NCBI GenBank assembly: GCA_977017575.1
Contig: CDRNVI010000024.1
Location: 1 to 64,000, forward strand
Reading direction: 5' to 3'
From: Paramoeba atlantica
Taxonomy: Eukaryota; Protista; Discosea
Length of the DNA: 64,000 bases
The notes below the pieces were generated by a model. The model did not search any database and had not been told where the DNA came from. It worked only from the letters and a program-made list of their open reading frames with translations. The stretch's first letter is position 1. Each line of letters begins with the position of its first letter. Positions 57,501-64,000 of this stretch are shown one piece after another. Position numbers and translations under genes: made by a program.

Positions 57501-57828
57501 CTTCCTCAGTGTAGTGGTTACAATTATTCTCCAGGAGGTGATATTTTGTTTTGTGAAATCGTGACATTGTGTGACACGGTACGTAAACGTTCCATTCGTC
57601 TACAGATCGAGTAGTAATGCCCAAACTTTGGATTCGAAGCGGTTTTCCGAATCGAGTCTTTCCAGCAGGGCCTTGCACAATCCCCTCGTGCGCATCAAAA
57701 TAGCATTCAATACCCCCAAGAACAATGGATGTGTGCCAGATCGCATCCAAGTGATGCCCAATCAGGGACTGGCTAAGCAACGCGGCGGTGCCACGAGATA
57801 AATCGTACATGTATAACAGCACCTCCAT
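54511..57828 (-). CDS. Fusion of PPPDE/DeSI peptidase and GH85 endo-beta-N-acetylglucosaminidase
   Basis: N-term YMYDLS..IWHTSIV..YHLLENNCNH; internal CHDCRGGY, FVYFSH, FDGWLVNIEN, WYDSV, CDGIFTDYHW, VYVGIDIF. Confidence 0.88.
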   Translation of the reverse strand: MEVLLYMYDLSRGTAALLSQSLIGHHLDAIWHTSIVLGGIECYFDAHEGIVQGPAGKTRFGKPLRIQSLGITTRSVDEWNVYVPCHTMSRFHKTKYHLLENNCNHYTEEATSYLGVQSLPACVREMMNIVLSTPWVRAFFDSASASNSSTTSAIGNIKVAEDTHDCNSVLKEGISPIVYDANMFISKVKQILQASPGSHGFIIAMSVWRSLEGFLEEFQDINYGVLQIGKEWTHVQNEIVEALLLVGFTNGPNNENTSCSLRFTKLEGTVSIPMLISAVSEEIIQEELEEALMISVSGTVNVDAKNDVSERTLPESTFDMAVGGPVKARLKLNEALISKSSINILKLSMSSGIDTMKELMDWIPPSVIAKSHVKLLLSTQRTLKCSTHSQERVLASSRTFLCHDCRGGYLESDRYPQGKDITLSTENPFPGYLFRHWQCIDTFVYFSHHRVTIPPAVWIDVAHSNSVPVLGTFITEWSEGVDECSNFLNSEANVAHVASQLANIAMYYNFDGWLVNIENPVSPRGVEHLLHFLSLLTATMHSLHPASHVFWYDSVTVQGKLQWQSCLSSLNSSFFELCDGIFTDYHWTEAHLQHSIKMAGELSHKVYVGIDIFCRNSPRQKPSIELVAESYRAVTDTRSLSSALFAPGWTWETSSGMQINCDGSSQGTGFISRDNLLWSTLFPTHVTPCITSLPFSTNFNAGFGIQTCRFGSPVAEALPWQHLSQQELCPIGEDKKNSEKGAPYIESQPCMNRAFHGGCSWEGKLHYNDISCTFSESDSPRLAKTTMFGCCVNLKNCKCNSSESGNLTVEVVFHKPTTLASNCALSLVVRTDCATLVQADETRIPDESCVTELLFPFAEDARFHNHKDLRECEVHLPSTIASKSVSCADYLSSEWDVLNFSVPISHIVSEGHTVLDGISLVLMESFPLSTKNSHDFIEIEKAAVTLGRLALWIDETGGAKEGISSPSYETTGFSKSLVRHNSLRKPVLNLSLLNFVAPNFQNLSHINFIPGIRYYEVWILTLEDLNDFVFSCDEHILLADLVEKIGDKEHTFHYAGRAYHTYFSLASCMYPSIRNKLDNCNQVMSLLIPFSYNDIEQTPWYFAQV

Positions 57829-58076
57829 TCGTTATTAACATGAAAGGCAATAAATTAAAGGAAGATGGATAAGGAATATAATCGCGGAAAACAAATACGC
57901 TCAATGTATCAGGACGGCGAATAGAACCTGTAATTTGTGCCAGTATGGATATCTAACTGTAGAAAGTAAGGATACCTCAAATTTTTGAGGATACTCAGAA
58001 ATTCAACAATTTTTAAGAGCAGAACACACTAACACGAAAATAATATCGAATTGACAATTCTTGAAAAGGATGATCC

Positions 58077-59297
58077 TCAAGAGCTTCTCTTCGATGAGTT
58101 CAAAAGTTTAATTCCCACACACGTAATTATAGCACTCCGCTCATCCGATGTATCCTCGACTACCGAAAAAGCCACCCCAAAAAAGGACTTTAAAACGGAA
58201 TTCATCACCCTTCTCGTTCTCGGTGAGATCTCCCCACCCACGCGCACCTGTGACGGCAGACTCTGGGACAGCACCATGAGAAACACACACATCCCGACAT
58301 GATGCACGTCGACACACCCCGCGCGTGCGATTTGATCCAGCAGCTCATCCGCACATTCTGTGGCTATCTCCTCCGCGACCTGTCCGCGTTGTGCGACGAC
58401 CTCTGCCGTACACGTCGCCTCCTTCGTCGTGGACTCCGTGACGAGACAAATCCCGAAACCGGCGGAAGAGGAGGAAGAAGAAGGGGCCTGCATCGACGTC
58501 TGCCCCCCTTTTCCCACATCGGTGACGACATAGACATCCGAGAGAAGGGGGAGAAGCCGTCCTTTGGCGCCCGTCGCCATCCGGTTGCACACATCCGGGG
58601 CGACCCGCAGGCCGTAGGCAATCCCTCGAACCTTTTTGACCTTTCCTCGGTGCGTGAGTTGAATGTGGTGAAGGAAACGAACGTTTTGGATGGTGAGCAC
58701 GACTTTCCCTCTGGACTCGGTTTCAGAGGCCGTGGAGTCACGGCTCGGCGTAGGGTTCGTCTCGTTGTAAAGAATGCTGCGCTGAATAAGTTTGAGGGAA
58801 CACTCCACACCAAATTTCCGAAGGAGTGGGAGTGTAACCGTGCGGAGGACGTCAATGCCAAGATCCAGACTGTGGTTTGTGACAACAGAGGTCAGGGTAA
58901 TTTCAGTGCTGGATTTTGCGAAGGGACAGAGAATACAGGCGGCCTCAACCCAGTAGCCAAGGCCACGTGTCCCACAACAGGTGTGTGTTAAAGTTCCACC
59001 CTCAACTACGCCAGGGCGCATAGCTACGGAGCGCCCGTCCGGTGACACCTCAAATTTGGTCCCACTCGTGAGTCGTGACAGAAAATGTAAGAAATTTGCC
59101 TCGTGTGTCTGTATTCGTGTTGGTAGCTTCAAATTGATTGATTTGTTGCTGAGCAGCGACGCTATCAAGTAATAGCGAAAAAGAGAACGGTCACTAAAAG
59201 AAAGTGATTGTTGTAGTAGGTGTGATGTGCTTGATTCCGACTTGTGACTGACTTCAGCACTAGCAGAGGGGGGAGCATACCGTTCTTGAACCTTCAT
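58077..59297 (-). CDS. RCL1: RNA 3'-terminal phosphate cyclase-like protein RCL1
   Basis: EANFLHFLSRLTSGT; PGVVEGG; RGLGYW; CPFAK; KVKKVRGIAY. Confidence 0.88.
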   Translation of the reverse strand: MKVQERYAPPSASAEVSHKSESSTSHLLQQSLSFSDRSLFRYYLIASLLSNKSINLKLPTRIQTHEANFLHFLSRLTSGTKFEVSPDGRSVAMRPGVVEGGTLTHTCCGTRGLGYWVEAACILCPFAKSSTEITLTSVVTNHSLDLGIDVLRTVTLPLLRKFGVECSLKLIQRSILYNETNPTPSRDSTASETESRGKVVLTIQNVRFLHHIQLTHRGKVKKVRGIAYGLRVAPDVCNRMATGAKGRLLPLLSDVYVVTDVGKGGQTSMQAPSSSSSSAGFGICLVTESTTKEATCTAEVVAQRGQVAEEIATECADELLDQIARAGCVDVHHVGMCVFLMVLSQSLPSQVRVGGEISPRTRRVMNSVLKSFFGVAFSVVEDTSDERSAIITCVGIKLLNSSKRSS

Positions 59298-59633
59298 AAA
59301 TACAAGATTATGTAGATGCTACAAGAAAGCAGACAACAAAGATTGCTAGAGTAGCATTCAAAATTTGTAGGTTGCCGAAAAACGAACATCGAATATAAAA
59401 AAGTAGAAGACAAAGCACAAATAGAGAAATACAGCAATACAAATCAGATTTTCCGCCCAACCGGAAGATCATTGAAAACTGCTCATCAATCATAGTGTAC
59501 AGTACAATCTTATGCGTGTAGCACATACACGTCTATACAGGTGTGCTGTCAGGTGCTCAAAATAGAAGCCCACGCCGGCGTTAGTAAACACAGTCTACGA
59601 TGTTGAACCAAAGGTACAAGGATACAGGTATTA

Positions 59634-60122
59634 TCATTGAAGCTTCGCAAGACGTTCAGCGTGTCTCCCTCCCTCAAACGCCGTTGTTACAAAAGTTTCC
59701 ACAATGCATTTAATCACTTCCATCCCAAGCACTCGTGTCCCAAGACATAGCACATTGCAGTCATTGTGCTGCCGACACATACGCGCAGTGTACTCATTAT
59801 GGCAAAGTGCTGCACGTATTGAAGCACCTAGTTTCGGATCAACCCGATATTTGTTCGCAGCGATTGACATACCAATTCCACTTCCACAGAGAAGAATTCC
59901 AGCAATGGGACCTTTCGCTGACCACTCCTGCGTGAGTTGTCCGCATAATTTGTGAGCCACATCGGGATAGTCCACCCGTGAAGCATCATGTGTGCCAACA
60001 TCAATGATATCCACCATCCCAAGCGACGATAGCAAAGTTTTTAGTTCTTCTTTTTCTTTGACGGCAGCATGATCGCTCCCGATAATCATTCTCTTGAAAT
60101 GAAGAGAAGGATTTGTATTCAT
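59634..60122 (-). CDS. rpiB: Ribose-5-phosphate isomerase B
   Basis: IGSDHA, DYPD, CGSGIGMSIAANK, RQHNDCNVLCLG, FEGGRH. Confidence 0.95.
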   Translation of the reverse strand: MNTNPSLHFKRMIIGSDHAAVKEKEELKTLLSSLGMVDIIDVGTHDASRVDYPDVAHKLCGQLTQEWSAKGPIAGILLCGSGIGMSIAANKYRVDPKLGASIRAALCHNEYTARMCRQHNDCNVLCLGTRVLGMEVIKCIVETFVTTAFEGGRHAERLAKLQ

Positions 60123-60512
60123 TGGATTGTAGATTTAAAAACTCAGCGTTTGATATTAACGAGTTTGTTATGTGTCTGTTTCCGAAAATGTAGTGTACAA
60201 TGTATATGCTCGGTATTGTACTCTAAAAAATACGTTATAAAAGACAAGTTACATCCGCATATTTGCACACAGATATATTCGTTTTATCCCGACGAGTGCG
60301 TAACAACGTTTATAAACGTTGTAGTTCAGAATTTACCCCCTCTTAAATATTATCTTTTAAAATTGTCTGTTATACAGATGAACATGTATACATGTTCTAT
60401 GAATGAGTGCATCACGCGAGAAAATTTTAATAGAGGAAATACTTAAAAATCAATGACCTGTAGATAAACGTGAGCACACTCTCCGGCGTATCTCCTAGAA
60501 AAACGCAAAGAA

Positions 60513-62189
60513 CTAATCCTGATACACCCAATTCAATCCAAATCTAAACCGATCAAAAACGTAAGAATTTGGTTTCCATACGATTCCGCGGTGTTGAGAA
60601 TTCCTCAATTGGAAAGGGATTGAAAAATTTATCTCTAGCCTTCCGAATGTTAAGGATCCGATAACCGGTATTTCGTTTAAAAGAAGACCAGCTCCGATAG
60701 ATGCGTACCAATTTTCAGCCGAAAATATGTCTCTACGAATTTGACTTCCATGACGCGGATGAAAAAGAGATCGCATACTATCTGGTATGTATTGTACCGT
60801 TCCAGCATTCGCAAACACATGACCGGCAAACAAACCTCCTGAGAGAGGAAGAGGAAAACTTATACACGAGCTGAGGGCAACGAGCAATGTACCTCCCAGC
60901 TGATCGAGTGTCTTGGAGGTAAATTCCGTATTTCGTATTGTGCTATCAATCGGGACGGAAAAATGCTTCGAATTCGTAAAGCGGTGAGGGCCTATAAACT
61001 TGTACCCCCGCACGTAGGTCCCGTCCATGAAGTAACGATCAAGGAGGTGAATGTCACATCCCCGGCTCTTTGTTTTGTGAGAGGGTGACTCCTCCCCAAG
61101 TGGAAAAATCATACCAGTTCGTAGCCAAACCCCGGCGGTCACAAGCGGGTGAATCAGAAAATGCTTTGAACACCATGAGTCAAGACGAAGGTCGGTGAGC
61201 GTGCCACCAAGGGATAGACATTGTCGTATGCGCTTATTCATCGTTGTCAGCCCAGAGCTGTCTGTCGTCCGTTTGGCGCTCTCTGACGTAGGCAACCCAC
61301 CAGCTAGCTCACACCGTATTCGAAAATCGTGTCCCTGAACGGGGTGAGCGTACAGCTTACGAAGGTGGGGAGTCGAATGAGATAGGAGCGTAGACACTGC
61401 CCATTCGTATCTTGCAGCCAGTCGCGTGCGCAGGGTATCTTTGTAGGGGGCAAGTTCGTGAGGCACAGAGCGGGACTTTGAGGTGCAGTTCAGAGAGGAA
61501 TGAGTCGTACTAAGAGACAAAATGGATCGGTTTCGGTTGGGACCAAAGTGTACTGATGTTTTGGCCTCCGCACGGACTTCGTTGTCCAGTGCATGAAGCC
61601 TACCGTGATCGTGAGAGCCTTGACTAATGCTGTACTCCGCAAACCTTCCTAACCATGAGTCATACGACTGTAATTTTCCTGTTAGAGCTGAAACACTACG
61701 AGTGAGATTCGTAGGAAGGTACTCAAAGACAACAGTGTAGGGTGAACTCATAATGTTTGCAGCAGAAATCTTGATCTCTGGACTACCCGTAAGGTCCGTA
61801 GAAACGCCTGCTTGCTTTCTGCCAGCCGATTCGGACGCAATGAGCCGAACCACTACATAGTTTCCCCCTTCCTGCGCGGGCTCCACTCGTGAATCAATAT
61901 CTTTAAACAGACCCGTCTCCATAAACCTTTCTCTAAGTTCCTCGCATCGCAGCATAATTTCTGGAATGCTCGTCGCATTTTCTAAACCTCTGACAGAGTT
62001 CTGTACGAAATGATGTTTCGTATGCCGATCAAACCCCTCAAGATGCACACGTGTTATGACGTGACCTGAGTGGTTTAGTAATGCATGGAAGAGATATGGG
62101 TCATACCTTACTTCGTCTAACTCTGACACAAGATGCTCAACTTCGCTAGCCAAAGAGTCGGAATGCGAAGCGTTGTCGTCGAGTTTCAT
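60513..62189 (-). CDS. SAMM50: Mitochondrial outer-membrane Omp85 protein SAM50/TOB55
   Basis: POTRA-like N-term (HLEGFDRHTKHHF..ETGLFK); VRGYKFIGP; GHVFANAG; RLEINF; FRFGLNW. Confidence 0.8.
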   Translation of the reverse strand: MKLDDNASHSDSLASEVEHLVSELDEVRYDPYLFHALLNHSGHVITRVHLEGFDRHTKHHFVQNSVRGLENATSIPEIMLRCEELRERFMETGLFKDIDSRVEPAQEGGNYVVVRLIASESAGRKQAGVSTDLTGSPEIKISAANIMSSPYTVVFEYLPTNLTRSVSALTGKLQSYDSWLGRFAEYSISQGSHDHGRLHALDNEVRAEAKTSVHFGPNRNRSILSLSTTHSSLNCTSKSRSVPHELAPYKDTLRTRLAARYEWAVSTLLSHSTPHLRKLYAHPVQGHDFRIRCELAGGLPTSESAKRTTDSSGLTTMNKRIRQCLSLGGTLTDLRLDSWCSKHFLIHPLVTAGVWLRTGMIFPLGEESPSHKTKSRGCDIHLLDRYFMDGTYVRGYKFIGPHRFTNSKHFSVPIDSTIRNTEFTSKTLDQLGGTLLVALSSCISFPLPLSGGLFAGHVFANAGTVQYIPDSMRSLFHPRHGSQIRRDIFSAENWYASIGAGLLLNEIPVIGSLTFGRLEINFSIPFQLRNSQHRGIVWKPNSYVFDRFRFGLNWVYQD

Positions 62190-62467
62190 TTTCTAGTTAA
62201 AAGTTAAATTACCGAACGTACTGGGGAATAAACTCTGGATTAAAAAAATCTGACTTTTCTTAAGAGCTATGGTCACGAATTTGAATGTATTCACTATAAT
62301 AGAATGCACCACGCATTATCGAATCAATTAAGAGACCAATATCATTAGAGACTCAACACTTTGTGTACCAAATATAAAAATCTTTTCTTTCAGACGTTTG
62401 TCCACAAGCTAAAGGAACTCTACAAAGACGCAGGTAAGAATACTGTAGTACAAGTACAGATTAAGCG

Positions 62468-63433
62468 TCACATCTTTTTATCCTTTTCCGCAGCGACAAG
62501 AGCCGATATTGTTGGATAATACGAAACTATCCAATCCAATCGAGAACTTGAAGTCTCAGAAGAATCCAAAGTACCAGAATCCTTGGTCGAATCAGAAGCT
62601 AACCCTAGTCTTTCGTTTCGCATATTTCTCACCAACTTTACATATGCCTGCTTAATTTTATTTATTGACTGCCATTTGATTTCATGAATTTCACCAATGC
62701 ATTGTGGATAAAAGAGTGCGATAGTCGATGAGTCCCAGGGCCCCACACCACCGAATAAGACAACAGGCGCCCGTCCCTGTCTACTGCTGCGTCGAACGAG
62801 AGGTGACTTTGAAAGAAATCCCGACACGTCAGATCCAATCTCCTCCTTCGCCTCACGTAAGGCACATAAGTACTCTGTCTCCCCCGCTGCCCTCTTTCCC
62901 TTCGGAAACACCCAAGGAGAGGACGCATGGGCGCATACGGTAAGAACATGAGTTTTGCTACGGTCCAGCAGAACAACTCCACATACCGTGATGGATTGGT
63001 TGTATTTCAAAAATTGAGATAATCCGTACGTTATGTGATCCGTCGATATCGTGGGCAACAATCCCAAAAGAGAGCGAGCGAAATACGGGAATGGAACCTG
63101 TGAGTGTAATGTTTCTACACTTGTACTACCTAACTGCGGAGGACACGATTTCTGAAGAGTTACCGATGTTTCGCCTGCACTAACATCAACTTCGCTTGAA
63201 GCTTCGTTGAAAGCGTCAGCGCTGCCATCACAGTAATAATAATATGCTTCCTGCACGTGGTAGAGCAAGCGTGGCCAAGAAGAACGATCTTCCACGGGTA
63301 CGTTCAACACGAACCGCACAAGCAAACTCAATAGAATGTTGTTTGAAATCTCATTTAAACCACTCACCCCTAGGTAGTCCGTGTCATGCTTGAAGTACAC
63401 AGGTTTCTGCGATCCATACCCAGGTAAGCTCAT
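62468..63433 (-). CDS. DCP2: mRNA decapping enzyme DCP2 (Box A + Nudix)
   Basis: LVRFVLNVP..RLLYHVQEAYYYYCD; CGVVLLD; WVFPKGK..ETEYLCALREAKEEIG. Confidence 0.85.
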   Translation of the reverse strand: MSLPGYGSQKPVYFKHDTDYLGVSGLNEISNNILLSLLVRFVLNVPVEDRSSWPRLLYHVQEAYYYYCDGSADAFNEASSEVDVSAGETSVTLQKSCPPQLGSTSVETLHSQVPFPYFARSLLGLLPTISTDHITYGLSQFLKYNQSITVCGVVLLDRSKTHVLTVCAHASSPWVFPKGKRAAGETEYLCALREAKEEIGSDVSGFLSKSPLVRRSSRQGRAPVVLFGGVGPWDSSTIALFYPQCIGEIHEIKWQSINKIKQAYVKLVRNMRNERLGLASDSTKDSGTLDSSETSSSRLDWIVSYYPTISALVAAEKDKKM

Positions 63434-64000
63434 TTCATAACAGCTGATCAAAAACCACAAGAAGTTTCATTCATTCATAAAGTTAAATGTAAAATTGAAC
63501 CATCTAATAACTAAAACAATGTTGTAGTAAAAATAGTTTCCTAGTAGTAGAAGTATGTATCCACCGTTCACGGGAAATGATCTTTCAAGTTTTGGAAGAT
63601 GATACAGTAATTTTCTGAAGACTATCCAAGGAAATGTATATCCAAGGAAAATTTGTCATGTCAAGAAATTCGTTGCCAAAATAATCTTGGCCCAAACTGT
63701 CTTGGGCTGTACAGGAATCAAACACCAATGACATTAGAAAACGTTGATGCTTCGTGCGTCTTTCCATAATCGCGAAATAAACCAGGAGGATGTGCATATC
63801 TCCGAAGTCTTCCATCTACGTGCGGATCCGGATCGCTTCCGTACTTTTTATTGAGTGCCAAAGATTCAGAACGAGAAAGTTTTCTTTTTGTTACAGGACA
63901 ATACCCATGTGAACGATGAACAGAAACATACTGATCCCACTGTTTTCCTTGCAAGGTAGTGCCAGAAAATTTTGCATATGCTTGTTGCTGTTTTTGTGTC

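Noticed and set aside
63585-64000. Protein-coding gene at the right edge
   Set aside because: Only short overlapping ORFs without recognisable motifs; cannot be supported from this window.

Overview
Eukaryotic, intron-less DNA with kinetoplastid-like organisation; a Perkinsela/Prokinetoplastina-type organism is an inference, not a database result. From ~19.2 kb to the end, about 30 compact genes lie head-to-tail on the minus strand, like one polycistronic unit: alpha-SNAP, PSMA4, MAK10, eIF5A, eIF2alpha, two cyclins, DLD, NIP7, TRAP-beta, tRNA-IPT, RPL11, RPL35A, a PPPDE-ENGase fusion, RCL1, RpiB, SAM50, DCP2 and others. The first ~19 kb, at the downstream end of the unit, is a nested transposon field: RTE-like LINE relics with RNase H, CRE-like RT fragments, two tRNA-headed SINE families, pogo-type DNA transposons and MITEs. 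Most striking is a spliced-leader-like motif (TTTCTGTACCTTGTTG) present five times on the minus strand. One copy is followed by the SL-RNA intron start GTATGAGAAGCT and fused to a SINE inside a 15-bp TSD; two others cap a GC-rich dispersed repeat. This suggests retroposition of SL RNA and SL-capped transcripts. Other highlights: a bacterial IS30-family element with TIRs and TSD in the gene array, DCP2 in an apparently SL-trans-splicing genome, and a recurring GCGAAGC hairpin plus T-tract inside several TIR elements. All analysis was by eye; no searches were run.
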